A stretch of DNA of 64,000 nt, taken from positions 1,529,103 through 1,593,102 of the forward strand of contig OY969424.1 in assembly GCA_963699235.1 (NCBI GenBank), in the 5' to 3' direction. This DNA is from an uncultured Chloroflexia bacterium. GTDB taxonomy: Bacteria > Chloroflexota > Limnocylindria > QHBO01. The first letter of the stretch is position 1. The number at the start of each line of letters is the position of its first letter. The translations under genes were made by a program, and so were the position numbers. Of this stretch, positions 29,081 through 39,572 are shown in pieces. The notes beneath the pieces were generated by a model, which worked only from the letters and a program-made list of their open reading frames with translations, made no database searches and was not told the DNA's origin.

Positions 29081-31342
29081 CTAGAGCTGGCGTCCGAAGA
29101 ACGTGCTGAGCCGACGACTGATGGCCAGCTTGGTCAGGGGGAACCGGAGGCGGTCCCACGCCCGCTCGATGGCCTCGATCGCCCGCTCGCTCATCGACCG
29201 GCCCGAATAGGCCGACCAGACCTTGCCGTCGGCGATGGTCCGGATTTCCTCGGCGCGCGAGGGGAGCTCGGCTTCCAGCCAGCCGGCGTACTCGTAGAAG
29301 GTCTCCGACGGCTGCCGGCCGATGCCCGCCCGCTGCGCGGCAAGGTTGAGCCGCGCCCAGCCCCGGTCGCCGGGTGAGAGGAACCGGAACCGGCGGCGGG
29401 CCGAGAACCAGCGGAAGGCCCCGTACCCGGCGGCCAGGCCGATCAGGACGAGGAAGATCCAGCCGTTGGTGGCGCGGCTTTCCTCCGTCGGCGAATCCTC
29501 GCCGGCCTGGAAGCCACCAGGGATCGGCGCGAAGCTGGCCGTCGGGCCCTCGCCCTGGAGCTTGGTCGGCGAGTCGTAGCCCGGCGGGAAGGGGCCCTGG
29601 ACGTCCACGCCGCGGTTGCCGGGAACCGGCACGACCGCGTTCGGGTCGCCGCTGGCGCGCGAGAAGCGGGGGTTGATCGACCGGGTGGACTCGAAGATCT
29701 GCCATCCGTATCCGGGGAAGTAGATCTCGGCCCACGCGTGGGCATCCTTCTGGGTGACCTCGTACGCACCATCCTCGTTGCCGGTGCCGGGCCCGTAGCC
29801 CACCGCGAGGCGGGCGGGGATGCCGAGGCTGCGGGCCATCATCACCATCGACGAGGCGAAGTAGGTGCAGAAGCCGCGCCGCGTCTCGTACAGGAAGTAG
29901 TCAACCATGTCCTGGGACGCGTCCTGCGGCATGGTGACGGACGTGTCGTAGACGAACTCGTCGCTGCGGAGGAAGGTGGCGAGCGCCTTGGCCTGGTGGT
30001 ACGGGTCGGCGGGGACCTCGGCGACCACCGCGGTTGCCATGTCCCGCGTCCGCTCCGTGATGCCGGTGGTGTCGAGGTAGAGGGCGGTGACCTCCGGCTC
30101 GTAGTCGGTCGGCGCCGACGCCAGCTGGGCCTCGGTCACCTCCTCGGCCACGACCGCGGTTATGTCGTACATCTGCCCCGTGTCCAGCGATCCCGCGGCC
30201 TCCACCCCGGCGAAGATGGGCCCGCTGCTCGGCTCGGTGGCGACGGTGGGCGCGAAGAAGCGCACCGGGAAGCCCGGCGCGTACAGGTCGCGCCCCTGCG
30301 GCGTGAGCAGCTGGACCGTGACCGTCACCGCCTCGAAACCCTCCTCGACCAGCGGCCGGTCGGGGGTCCAGCTCGGGAAGACGTCCGCCTCCGCTGCCAC
30401 CGCGCGCTGGCGGGCCCCGGTCCACGACCAACCCCGTCCGGTGTAATGGTCGTAGGCGACGGCGGCCAGGTAGTACGGCCGTTCGGCTCCGATCAGGTTG
30501 AGGACCGGGCCGTCGCTGACGCTCCACGAAGGGCCGACGGTCATGCTCGGGCCGAATCCGCTCGAGACCGGGCGGGCATTGGCGCTGTTCAGGCCCTGGA
30601 AGAAGCCGCTCGCCTCCGACGCGAAGTCGAGCCAGAGCTGGTCCAGGCTCTTCACCGCCGAGGTGAGCGGCGCTGCGACGGCGACCGAGGTCAGGACCCA
30701 GGCCAACCCGATGGCGGCGGCGGTGAACATGACCCCGCTCCGCATGATCGAGGCCGGGACGTCGACGTTTTCGCTCACCCGCCGCTGCTGCCAGTTCGCC
30801 CGGCGCTCGACCAGGGCGGCGCGCAGCCAGAGCAGGAGGGCGGCCAGGGCGAACAGGACGAGGTAGCCGAAGAGGTCCTCGCGCACGGTGGCGACGAGGT
30901 TGATGACGAGGAAAGCCCCGACCATGAGGATGGCGTCGAGGACCTGGTGGCGCCGGTAGATTGCGAACGCGGCGCTGTAGGCGGTGACCCACATGAGCAC
31001 CCCCATCGCGACCGCGAACACGATCCCCTGCTGGATGGCCCCGAATCGGTACGCGGTCATGGCCGCGTCGATACCCGCCGCACGGAGCATGTCGAGACGC
31101 GAGAGCTGGGAGAGCTCGGGGAAGTACTCGCCACCAACCGACCACAGGATGATCCCCGCCCCGAGCAGGGCCGAGATGGGAATGGCGATCGCGATCGAGA
31201 GGCGGCTCGTGCCGAAGGCGAGGCCGGCGACGAGGCCGAAAATCGCGACCGGGACGAGGAACTCGAGCTGATCGAGCCATCCGGTGGCCTGGACCGCCCA
31301 GCACAGGCTCAGGAGCATGACCCCGAGCAGGATCACGCTCAT
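29081..31342 (-). CDS. transglutaminase-like (TgpA family) membrane protein, DUF3488 + transglutaminase core + DUF4129
   Basis: N-terminal multi-TM region; catalytic GFCTYFASSMVMMARSLGIPARLAVGY. Start uncertain: ATG at 31342, or ATG at 31438 (which would overlap DUF58 by 47 nt). Confidence 0.8.
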   Translation of the reverse strand: MSVILLGVMLLSLCWAVQATGWLDQLEFLVPVAIFGLVAGLAFGTSRLSIAIAIPISALLGAGIILWSVGGEYFPELSQLSRLDMLRAAGIDAAMTAYRFGAIQQGIVFAVAMGVLMWVTAYSAAFAIYRRHQVLDAILMVGAFLVINLVATVREDLFGYLVLFALAALLLWLRAALVERRANWQQRRVSENVDVPASIMRSGVMFTAAAIGLAWVLTSVAVAAPLTSAVKSLDQLWLDFASEASGFFQGLNSANARPVSSGFGPSMTVGPSWSVSDGPVLNLIGAERPYYLAAVAYDHYTGRGWSWTGARQRAVAAEADVFPSWTPDRPLVEEGFEAVTVTVQLLTPQGRDLYAPGFPVRFFAPTVATEPSSGPIFAGVEAAGSLDTGQMYDITAVVAEEVTEAQLASAPTDYEPEVTALYLDTTGITERTRDMATAVVAEVPADPYHQAKALATFLRSDEFVYDTSVTMPQDASQDMVDYFLYETRRGFCTYFASSMVMMARSLGIPARLAVGYGPGTGNEDGAYEVTQKDAHAWAEIYFPGYGWQIFESTRSINPRFSRASGDPNAVVPVPGNRGVDVQGPFPPGYDSPTKLQGEGPTASFAPIPGGFQAGEDSPTEESRATNGWIFLVLIGLAAGYGAFRWFSARRRFRFLSPGDRGWARLNLAAQRAGIGRQPSETFYEYAGWLEAELPSRAEEIRTIADGKVWSAYSGRSMSERAIEAIERAWDRLRFPLTKLAISRRLSTFFGRQL

Positions 31343-31391
31343 CCAGCCCTCGCGGGGACCGGGGATCCGGCGGCGCTCGTCGACCGGCTCG

Positions 31392-32630
31392 TCAAGCACG
31401 GACGCGCTCCTTGGTGACGAGGACCCGCTCGGGGGCATCCCCGGCGTGCATCAGGACGTTGGCGATGCCGTACTCGCTCAGGGCATGGCGCACGGCGTTG
31501 ATCTCGCCCGCCCGGCTGCCGGGCTCATCGCGGTCGGACGAGGCGAACGAGTCGAGGTCGAGCAGGACGACGATGGCTCCGACCCCGCGCCGGGCGAGGC
31601 TGGCGAGGGGCCGGACCCAGTCGCGGGTCGTGGCTCCGGTCACGATGCACACCGTCATCCCCCGCCGGAACTGCGGAAGGCTGGCGGCGACCACCTCGGC
31701 CAGGGGCTGGATGCCGTCGGCCTGGACGTTGGCCAGGAGGTGGAGGATCTTCTGCTCCACCCGCGATCCCCGGTCCGGGGTCAGGACATGGGAACGACGG
31801 GCGGAGGCGGTGAGGCCCACCGCCCGGTTGTCGGCCAGGGTCCGAACCGCGATCGAGGCCGCGACGCTGACCGCGGTCTCGACCGAGGCACCGTCGCCGG
31901 TCCCGACATGGGCCGATCGGTCAAGGTCGAGCACGAGCCACAGGTCGGCCGCCTGCTCGGGGTCGAACTCCTTGACCTGGAGCTCCCCGTGGCGGACCGA
32001 GCTGAGCCAGTGGATGCGGTTGATCGCGTCGCCCGGGGCGTAGGGCCGGATGGTGGCCGCCAGCGGCGAGGCCATCTCCCGCCGGCGGCGGGTGGCCGCC
32101 GTGCCCTCGATCGGCGCCGGGGGGAGGCGCCAGTGCGGCAGGGCGTACACCTTCGGGAACACGACCACCGTCGTGGGCCGCCCGACGGTCATCTCGGAGG
32201 TGAACAGGCCGAACGGATCGCCGGTGCGGACCTTGACCGGACCGATGCGGAACGTCCCGCGGCGGTTGAGGGAGACCTTGGACAGCCACTGGCGGCTGCT
32301 CTGGGCCCGGACGCCAATGACCCGGCCGGGGATGCCGATGGGCAGGTTCGAGTCGTTCGTGACCTCGAGCCACGGCTTGGACCAGCCGGCGTCGTTGTCG
32401 ATGCGGTAGACCGCGTGGAGCACCTCGCCCGCCTGGGCCCGCGGGTTCAGGACGTGGTACCCGGCCCGGACCCCGCCGAGGCCACGGCGGGCGTACCACC
32501 ACGAGCCGATGATGAGGGCGCCGGCCAAGTAGACGAGGAAGAACAGGACGGGGATGCCGGTGCTGAACGCGGCGACCACCAGGACGGTGGCCACGAAGAT
32601 GACCGGCAGTCGGCGGCCGACGCGTCCCAT
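31392..32630 (-). CDS. DUF58 domain protein (vWA-like, MoxR partner)
   Basis: Two N-terminal TM helices, DUF58 core (RPYAPGDAINRIHW). Confidence 0.85.
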   Translation of the reverse strand: MGRVGRRLPVIFVATVLVVAAFSTGIPVLFFLVYLAGALIIGSWWYARRGLGGVRAGYHVLNPRAQAGEVLHAVYRIDNDAGWSKPWLEVTNDSNLPIGIPGRVIGVRAQSSRQWLSKVSLNRRGTFRIGPVKVRTGDPFGLFTSEMTVGRPTTVVVFPKVYALPHWRLPPAPIEGTAATRRRREMASPLAATIRPYAPGDAINRIHWLSSVRHGELQVKEFDPEQAADLWLVLDLDRSAHVGTGDGASVETAVSVAASIAVRTLADNRAVGLTASARRSHVLTPDRGSRVEQKILHLLANVQADGIQPLAEVVAASLPQFRRGMTVCIVTGATTRDWVRPLASLARRGVGAIVVLLDLDSFASSDRDEPGSRAGEINAVRHALSEYGIANVLMHAGDAPERVLVTKERVRA

Positions 32631-32667
32631 CCGGGTCTGGCTCAGGCGATCGTGGCTCGGGTTCCGG

Positions 32668-33654
32668 TCAGGCCGGCGCCCCGGCCTCGGTCGGCTCGGC
32701 GATCGGGACCGTGGTGAGGACCTCGCGCACGATGGCGTCGTTGTCCACCTCGCGCAGTGACGCCTGGCTCCTCACGATGAGGCGGTGTCCGAGCACGGGC
32801 ACCGCCAGCTGCTTGACGTCATCGGGGATCACGTAGTCGCGACCGCTGATGGCGGCGAGGGCCTGAGCGGCCTTGTAGAGGTGGAGCGAGCCTCGCGGGG
32901 AGGCTCCCAGGTAGACGTCGGCATGCTCGCGGGTCGCGCCAACGAGTCGAATGATGTAGTCGGCCACGCCCTGGTCGACGTAGATCTCCTTCACGCTGGC
33001 CTGCATCTGGCGCAGCTCGTCGATGTTGAGGACCTGCTGGAGGCCGTCGATCGGGTGGAGGCGCTTCTGCTCGTCCAGGATCACGAGCTCCTCCATCGGC
33101 TTGGGGTAGCCCAGGCGGATGCGGAGCAGGAACCGGTCCAGCTGCGCCTCGGGAAGGGCGAACGTGCCCTCGTACTCGATCGGGTTCTGGGTGGCGATGA
33201 CCAGGAACGGGCTCGGCATCTCGTAGCTGGTGCCGTCGATCGTCGCCTGCCGCTCCTCCATGCACTCGAGGAGGGCGCTCTGGGTCTTCGGCGTGGCGCG
33301 GTTGATCTCGTCGGCCAGTACCACCTGGGCCATGATCGGCCCAGGGCGGAACTCGAAGTCCTGCGACTTCTGGTTGAAGATCGACAGGCCGGTGACGTCC
33401 GACGGAAGAAGGTCGGGCGTGAACTGGATGCGGCGGAAGGTGCAGCCGATGCTCCGGCTCAGGGCCTTGGCCAGCATCGTCTTGCCGACGCCGGGGACGT
33501 CCTCGATGAGGATATGGCCCTCGCACAGCAGCGACACCATCGCGAGGCGAACCTCGGCGTGCTTACCGACGATGACCCGCTCGATGTTGCCGATGGTGCG
33601 CTCGGCCGGCTCCTGGACATTCACGGCGGGCTCCTGGTGAAGAGGTTGAGTCAC
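32668..33654 (-). CDS. MoxR-family AAA+ ATPase
   Basis: [12 protein letters not shown] Walker [30 protein letters not shown]. Confidence 0.9.
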   Translation of the reverse strand: MTQPLHQEPAVNVQEPAERTIGNIERVIVGKHAEVRLAMVSLLCEGHILIEDVPGVGKTMLAKALSRSIGCTFRRIQFTPDLLPSDVTGLSIFNQKSQDFEFRPGPIMAQVVLADEINRATPKTQSALLECMEERQATIDGTSYEMPSPFLVIATQNPIEYEGTFALPEAQLDRFLLRIRLGYPKPMEELVILDEQKRLHPIDGLQQVLNIDELRQMQASVKEIYVDQGVADYIIRLVGATREHADVYLGASPRGSLHLYKAAQALAAISGRDYVIPDDVKQLAVPVLGHRLIVRSQASLREVDNDAIVREVLTTVPIAEPTEAGAPA

Positions 33655-33721
33655 CGGACAATACCCCAGCCGGTGGCTGAGCGGTTCACGACCGGTAGGA
33701 CGTTTCGGGGGCGGCCGCGGT

Positions 33722-35254
33722 TCAAAATCCGTTCAGGCGGAGCCATTCAGCCATGATCCGGCCGCCGATCGGGGCGGCCGCGACCGACCCGGGCCCGGCG
33801 CCCTCGACGATGACTGCGACCGCGATCGACGGCACGGCTCCGGGCTCGGCCGACGCGAAGCCAATGAACCACGAGTGGGGCGCCAGCCCCTCGCCTCGCT
33901 CCGCCGTGCCGGTCTTCCCCGCCGTCTCTACCCCCGCGATGCCGTAGTTCGCGACGTTGGCCGCTCCCGCGTAAGGCACCCCCAGCGGCCCGTGGACCGC
34001 GTCCACCATGACCTCCCGCACCTGGTCGGCCGCGACCCTGCTGACGACCTGCCGTCGGGCGGGGCTGTCGAAGCTGGCGACCGCGGTCCCGGCCCCGCCG
34101 GCTTCATCGGGGACCCGGACCTCGCTCACGACGTACGGCTCGAGCATCGTGCCGCCGTTGGCCACCGTCGCCGCCACCAGCGCCATCTGGAGCGGGGTGG
34201 CGGTGACCCGTGCCTGGCCGAACGCGGCCGATGCCAGCTCCGCGTCGTCCACGAAGTCCTCGCAGCCCGGATCGGCAACCGCGGTCACCGCCGAGGCGGA
34301 CACCGGCAGGGCATGGCCGGCAGGCCCGACCCGGAGGTCCTCGCAGAAGCCAAATGTCTCCGCGCCCGCCAGGTACGGCTCCTGTCCGAGCTCGAGCCCG
34401 ACGTGGGCGAAGTAGATGTTGCTCGAGATCTGCATCGCCTCGGACAGGTCCCAGAGCCCGGGCGGGACTCCGGCGAGGTCGTGCTCATTGATCGTGAATC
34501 CGTTGACGACCATCCCGTCCACCTCCTCCTGGGGCTGGGTCGGGAACGTCGTCTCGGGGGTGATGACCCCGGCGTCCAGGGCCGAGGCGGCGGTCAGCAC
34601 CTTCATCACCGAACCTGGCACGTAGACCCCGTTCAGGGCGCGGTTGACGAGCGGCAGGTTGGGGTCCGCCTGGATCGCGAGCCACGGCGCCTCGGCCGCG
34701 GCCGGGTCGCCGCTGATGGCGGTGGCGTCGAAGGTCGGGCTGGAGGCCATGGCCAGCACCGCACCGGTCGCCGGGTCGAGGGCCACCACCGCCCCCACGC
34801 TGCCGCCCAGCAGGTCGGCGGCCAGGTCCTGGAGCCGGTGGTCCACGGTGAGGACGAGGTCCTGGGCCTGGGGTGGTCGCTGGAGGACGTCGTTCACGAC
34901 GTCGTGCAGCGGGTTCGGGTCGCGGAGGCCGATGAGAAGCTCGTCCCACGCCCGCTCGACCCCGGCGGTCCCGTAGCGGAGCGACGCATAGCCAAGGAGA
35001 TGGGTGGACGCGGCGTCGAGATAGGTCCGCCGCGCAAGCTCGTCGATGACCTGCGTGGACGCCATGGTCACGCCCTCGCGGTCGAAGATCGTCCCCCGTG
35101 GCTGGCTGCGGTGGGCGGCGATGAGCGCCGGGTTGTCGGGGCGGGCCTCGAGCGGGGCGGCGATGACTACCTGCCACCAGGACATGGCGAGGATGAGCAC
35201 GGCGAAGCCGGCCAGCATCGCCGTTCCCAGCCGGGGCAGGTGGGACGCGATCAT
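33722..35254 (-). CDS. pbpA: penicillin-binding protein 2-type D,D-transpeptidase (PbpA-like)
   Basis: N-terminal TM helix; SxxK (GSVMK), SxN and KTG(T) motifs. ATGA overlap with the upstream rodA stop. Confidence 0.85.
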   Translation of the reverse strand: MIASHLPRLGTAMLAGFAVLILAMSWWQVVIAAPLEARPDNPALIAAHRSQPRGTIFDREGVTMASTQVIDELARRTYLDAASTHLLGYASLRYGTAGVERAWDELLIGLRDPNPLHDVVNDVLQRPPQAQDLVLTVDHRLQDLAADLLGGSVGAVVALDPATGAVLAMASSPTFDATAISGDPAAAEAPWLAIQADPNLPLVNRALNGVYVPGSVMKVLTAASALDAGVITPETTFPTQPQEEVDGMVVNGFTINEHDLAGVPPGLWDLSEAMQISSNIYFAHVGLELGQEPYLAGAETFGFCEDLRVGPAGHALPVSASAVTAVADPGCEDFVDDAELASAAFGQARVTATPLQMALVAATVANGGTMLEPYVVSEVRVPDEAGGAGTAVASFDSPARRQVVSRVAADQVREVMVDAVHGPLGVPYAGAANVANYGIAGVETAGKTGTAERGEGLAPHSWFIGFASAEPGAVPSIAVAVIVEGAGPGSVAAAPIGGRIMAEWLRLNGF

Positions 35255-36594
35255 CGGGACGCCTCACCCGCCGCGGCGTCCCCGGACACGGTCGAGCGGT
35301 GGCTGACGGCCAGCAGCAGGCCCACCACCACGAAGCTCGCGAGCAGGCTCGATCCGCCGTAGCTCACGAACGGGAGGGTGATCCCGGTCAGGGGCACGAC
35401 CTTGAGGTTGCCGGCGATGATGATCAGGCTCTGGAGGACGAGCCCGGCCGCCAGGCCGGCCGCCAGCATGGTGCTGAAGTCGTCGCGGGCCAGGATCGCG
35501 ATCCGCAGGCCGCGGGCCATGACCACCGCCACCAGGCCGAGCAGCGCCACCCCGCCGACCAGGCCCAGCTCTTCGCCGATGGCCGCGAAGATCATGTCGG
35601 TATGGACGGCCGGGACGGGCAGCTGGCCACCGATCATCGGCAGGCCCTGGCCCAGCCCCTCGCCCAGCAGTCCGCCCCGGGCGAAGGCATACAGGGCCTG
35701 GATCGCCTGGTAGCCCGAGCCGCTCGGGTCCGCCCACGGATCCAGCCAGGCGTCGATCCGGACCTGGACATGGGGGAAGAGGAGGTAGGCCACCGTCGAC
35801 CCGGCCAGGAAGAGCACGATTCCGAACAGCACGTAGGCCCGCCTGCCGGTGGCCACGAACAGCATCGTCAGGAAGATGCCGAAGAACATGAGCGCGGTGC
35901 CAAGGTCGCGGCTGACGACGACGATCAGCATCACCGCCGCGAACACGATCAGCATCGGCGCCAGGTACGGGAGGGGAGGCAGGGCGAGCGGGCCGATGCG
36001 GTACGACGCGCCGGACAGGACGGCCCGGTTCTCGGCCAGGTAGCCGGCGAGGAAGATGACGAGCATGACCTTGATCGCCTCTGACGGCTGGAAGCCGAAC
36101 GGTCCGATCACGATCCAGAGCCGGGCTTCGTTGACCTCGGTCCCGAAGAGGAAGGTCACGACCAGGAGGAGCGCCGCAAACAGGCCCCAGCTGTACTTGT
36201 AGTGCCGCAGGAACCCGTCGTCGCGCAGGCCCACCGCCACCACCACCATCGCGCCGAGGCCGACTCCGAACCACACCATCTGGGTGCCGACCATCCCGAG
36301 GTTGAGGGCCGCGTTCCCGGCCAGGTCCTGTGGCAGGCGGTTGAGCATGATCACCCCCACGGCCGCCATCCCGGCCACCGCCGGCAGCAACAGCTCGTCG
36401 CCGCGGTGTCCGAACCACGACAGGGCCAGGTGGGCGACGGCGAACAGGATGACGAAGGCGAGGGCGACCGCCATCGGACCGATGTCGGCGGTTCCCGATT
36501 GGGCGATGTTGGTGACGAGCACGCCGAGCGGGACGAGGAACAGGATGGGGACCAGCAGCGACAGCTCGGTGCGCCGCATCGCGAGGCGGTACAT
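35251..36594 (-). CDS. rodA: FtsW/RodA/SpoVE (SEDS) family peptidoglycan polymerase
   Basis: Polytopic SEDS protein. Start at ATG MYRLAMRR, 2 nt after the fhaB stop. Synteny fhaA-fhaB-rodA-pbpA. Confidence 0.85.
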   Translation of the reverse strand: MYRLAMRRTELSLLVPILFLVPLGVLVTNIAQSGTADIGPMAVALAFVILFAVAHLALSWFGHRGDELLLPAVAGMAAVGVIMLNRLPQDLAGNAALNLGMVGTQMVWFGVGLGAMVVVAVGLRDDGFLRHYKYSWGLFAALLLVVTFLFGTEVNEARLWIVIGPFGFQPSEAIKVMLVIFLAGYLAENRAVLSGASYRIGPLALPPLPYLAPMLIVFAAVMLIVVVSRDLGTALMFFGIFLTMLFVATGRRAYVLFGIVLFLAGSTVAYLLFPHVQVRIDAWLDPWADPSGSGYQAIQALYAFARGGLLGEGLGQGLPMIGGQLPVPAVHTDMIFAAIGEELGLVGGVALLGLVAVVMARGLRIAILARDDFSTMLAAGLAAGLVLQSLIIIAGNLKVVPLTGITLPFVSYGGSSLLASFVVVGLLLAVSHRSTVSGDAAAGEASR

Positions 36595-36596
36595 CG

Positions 36597-37040
36597 TCAG
36601 CGCTCGAGCCGGAACCGCACCCGGCCGATGGCAATCTCGTCCCCGAACGACAGCGCGACCGGCCGCTCGATGCGGTGGCCGTTGACCCAGGTCCCGTTGG
36701 TGCTGCCCCGGTCCTCGACGTACCACGCTCGACCGCGGAAGGTCAGGGCGGCGTGGGTCCCGCTGGCGAACTCGTCGTCGAGGTAGATCGTGCTGTTCAC
36801 CTCGCGACCCAGGGTCGTAATCGGGCCGATGTGGAGGACCCGGCCAGCCGCCGGCTCGCCGCCGGGCGACTCGAGGACGACGAGCCGGCCGATGCCGGTG
36901 CGCGAGGCCGCCTCGGTCGCGGCCGCCTGGCGGAGGTCGGCCCGCAGAGAGCGGGCGAAGCGCAGCAGGATGAGGAAGAGGAGGGCGAGGAATCCGAGCT
37001 GGAGCGCGAGGAGGATCAGGCGGAGGATGTCGTTGGTCAC
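36597..37040 (-). CDS. fhaB: FHA-domain membrane protein FhaB/FipA-like
   Basis: N-terminal TM helix and C-terminal FHA domain (GR...I..DD..S..HA.L......W.VEDRGSTNGT). Confidence 0.7.
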   Translation of the reverse strand: MTNDILRLILLALQLGFLALLFLILLRFARSLRADLRQAAATEAASRTGIGRLVVLESPGGEPAAGRVLHIGPITTLGREVNSTIYLDDEFASGTHAALTFRGRAWYVEDRGSTNGTWVNGHRIERPVALSFGDEIAIGRVRFRLER

Positions 37041-37053
37041 GGGGCGCGATCGG

Positions 37054-37803
37054 TCATCCGCGCAGCCGGAACTCGACGGAGGTGTTGCCGATCCGGATCC
37101 GATCCCCGTTGGCCAGGGCGATCTCGTCCACCCGCTGGCCGTTCACGGTCGATCCGTTCCGGCTCTGAAGATCGACGAACCCATATGCCCCGTGCTGGAG
37201 CTTCAGCTGGCAGTGATGGCGGCTCACCTGGGGATCATCGAGGATGACGTCGTTGTCGGTTGCGCGACCGATGGCGATCAGGGCGCCGCCGAGGTCGAAG
37301 CGGGCCGCGCCGCCGCCATCGGTCTGGACCACGAGATACGCCCGCGAAGCGGCGTTTGGCTGCGGCACGCTGTGCCCCTCGCGGGCCAGGACGCTCGTGT
37401 CGTCGGCCATCGGTCGCTCGGCCACGGGCGCCGCGTCATCGTCGGCAACGGTGGCGGCGACGCGGACGTCGCCCCGAGGCACGAGGCCATCGGCCTGGAG
37501 GATGACCCTCGGCCGGGCCATGAGCCGATACCCCTCGCGACGGGCGCGGGTCAGGACGTCGTGCGCCAGGTCGTCCTCGAGCGAGCCGTGGTACGACTCG
37601 AAGCTGGCGTAGTCGGTTGGACTGAGATGCACGACGTAGCGATTGGGGACGATCACGCCCTCCTCGCCGAATCGCTTGTTCGTGTCCATGGCGCGCGCGA
37701 TCCGCTTGGCCAGGGTCACCGGCTGCGGTGCCGCTCCCATGCGTCCGGCAGGCGCCTCGACCACTCGCTCGAGGAAGTCCTCGAGCCGCCGGAAGATGCC
37801 CAT
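37054..37803 (-). CDS. fhaA: FhaA-like protein (DUF3662 N-terminal domain + C-terminal FHA domain)
   Basis: MGIFRRLEDFLERVV N-terminus and C-terminal FHA domain (GRATDNDVILDDPQVSRHHCQL...DLQSRNGSTVNG). Confidence 0.75.
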   Translation of the reverse strand: MGIFRRLEDFLERVVEAPAGRMGAAPQPVTLAKRIARAMDTNKRFGEEGVIVPNRYVVHLSPTDYASFESYHGSLEDDLAHDVLTRARREGYRLMARPRVILQADGLVPRGDVRVAATVADDDAAPVAERPMADDTSVLAREGHSVPQPNAASRAYLVVQTDGGGAARFDLGGALIAIGRATDNDVILDDPQVSRHHCQLKLQHGAYGFVDLQSRNGSTVNGQRVDEIALANGDRIRIGNTSVEFRLRG

Positions 37804-37914
37804 CGGCCGCGGATGCTAGCACGGGGTACGAACGCCGCCCTGCGCGGTACTTTGGCCCGATCCGGGAGCGGGGAGCCTCGTGGCTATACTGGCGGCCCGT
37901 GAGCGGTCCTGATC

Positions 37915-39150
37915 ATGACTGAGTTGCTGAGCGAATCCTTCTGCGAGCGTTGCGGAAACCGATACGAGCTCGGCACCGCCGAGCCGATGTCCACCGCGCG
38001 CAAGACGCGCGGCCTGGTGACCGGCCTGCGCCAGTTCATCATGAGCACCGAGAGCCTGGGCGATTCGATCACCGATGCCATGCGGGTCGAAGAGGAGGCC
38101 CTCGCGGCCCGTCAGATCGACGCCTTCCAGGAAACGTTCAACTTCTGCCTGGACTGCCGCCGATACACGTGCGTCAGCTGCTGGAACGACGGCGAGGGAC
38201 GCTGCCGCTCCTGCATGCCGGTCGCCGGCATCGATGACCTGGCCGGCATCGACGAGCGGACGGCCGGCCCGGCACTCGCGCCGGCCGCGGTTGACGAGAC
38301 CCCGCTCCTGGCCATGGCCGAGGAGCCGGCCTGGCCGGCTGCCGAAGAGCTCCCGGCCCCGGCCCTCGAATGGCCGAGCGAAGACGAGATCATCCCGGCC
38401 GCTGGCGCCGAGGCGGAGGCCGCAACGGACGACGGCGTGGCCGTCACGGCGCCGACCGAGTTCCCCGAGCCCCGCGTTGTGCCCGGTTTCGCCGCCGAGG
38501 AGGAGCCGGAGCCGGTGGTCGCGGCGGAAGTCGAGGTCGCGGCAGAGGCCGAACCCGAAGTCGAGCCCGAGGTCGAGCCCGAGGACGCGGCCGCGGCCGA
38601 GGTGGAGCCCGAGCCAGAGCCCGAGCTCGTTCCCGAACTTGCCGCAGAGGTCGAGCCGGAGCTACCCGAGGTCCAGCCGGAGGCACCCGCACCGGAGCCG
38701 ATCGAGGAGCCGATCGCGGCCGCGGCCGAGCTGGAGCCCGAGGCGCCCGAGCCGACCCCGATCGCCCCGACGGGGGCCCCGCGCCGGGACCTGCGCGACA
38801 CGTTCCTCCGGGGCCCGCTCATCCCCCGCACGACCCAGCCGGCCGAGCCGATGCCGGAGAGCCTCGCCGCGCGCCGCACCCAGCTGGACGCGCTCGGCCT
38901 TGACGACCCGGGCGAGGGCAGCGTCACCGTCGGTCAGCGCGATGCGCTCCCCTATCGGTCGAGCGGCGCCGGATCGGCAGCCGGCAGCGCGGCCCTGGCG
39001 GCGGTCTGGGATGCCTCAACCCGCGCCCTCGAGGCTGGAGCTGGCGCGCAGCGCGCGTCGCTCCGCCCGTGTGGCGCCTGTGGCCTGACCGTCTCGTCCA
39101 CCGCGCGCTTCTGCCGGCGGTGCGGCGCCCCCCAAACGCTCAGCGCCTGA
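37915..39150 (+). CDS. zinc-ribbon protein with a long acidic E/P/A-rich low-complexity linker
   Basis: N-terminal CxxC...CxxC...CxxC...CxxC cluster and C-terminal CGACG...CRRCG zinc ribbon. Central (EP)n/(EVEP)n repeats. Confidence 0.55.
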   Translation: MTELLSESFCERCGNRYELGTAEPMSTARKTRGLVTGLRQFIMSTESLGDSITDAMRVEEEALAARQIDAFQETFNFCLDCRRYTCVSCWNDGEGRCRSCMPVAGIDDLAGIDERTAGPALAPAAVDETPLLAMAEEPAWPAAEELPAPALEWPSEDEIIPAAGAEAEAATDDGVAVTAPTEFPEPRVVPGFAAEEEPEPVVAAEVEVAAEAEPEVEPEVEPEDAAAAEVEPEPEPELVPELAAEVEPELPEVQPEAPAPEPIEEPIAAAAELEPEAPEPTPIAPTGAPRRDLRDTFLRGPLIPRTTQPAEPMPESLAARRTQLDALGLDDPGEGSVTVGQRDALPYRSSGAGSAAGSAALAAVWDASTRALEAGAGAQRASLRPCGACGLTVSSTARFCRRCGAPQTLSA

Positions 39151-39151
39151 C

Positions 39152-39520
39152 CTAGTCCGAGCTGCTCCCGCCGGGAGCGGTCGAGTCCTTCGAGCTCGAG
39201 CTCGGCTTCGTGCTGCCCGCGTCACTCGTGCTGCCCGCGTCGCCCGTGCTGCCCGCGTCGCCCGTGCTGCCCGCGTCGCCCTTCCCGTCAGTTGACGATC
39301 CCGGCGACCCGGATCCGCTCGACGGGGATTCGGTCGATGAGCCCTTCCGCGAGTCGGTGACGTAAAAGCCGCTGCCACGAAAGATCACGCCGGTCGGGTG
39401 GAGCACCCGCTCGACGGGACCTCGGCAGCGCTCGCAGGCCTCCGGCCCGTCCTCCAGGATGGAGTGGACGATCTCGATGGTGTGGCCGCAGTCACGGCAG
39501 CGATAGTCGTAGGTCGGCAC
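39152..39520 (-). CDS. FmdB-family zinc-ribbon protein with Ser/Gly-rich tail containing tandem GDAGST repeats
   Basis: MPTYDYRCRDCGH...CERC (FmdB CxxC-x-CxxC). GTG start. Confidence 0.7.
   Translation of the reverse strand: MPTYDYRCRDCGHTIEIVHSILEDGPEACERCRGPVERVLHPTGVIFRGSGFYVTDSRKGSSTESPSSGSGSPGSSTDGKGDAGSTGDAGSTGDAGSTSDAGSTKPSSSSKDSTAPGGSSSD
39209..39280. repeat. 4 tandem copies of the 18-bp unit CGTGCTGCCCGCGTCGCC inside the FmdB-family gene
   Basis: Direct reading of the sequence; encodes the (GDAGST)n tail in frame. Confidence 0.8.
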
Positions 39521-39572
39521 GTCGCCGGATGATGGCAGGAGCCCCCGCCCCGGGCAACGCCCGGTGGGCGCC

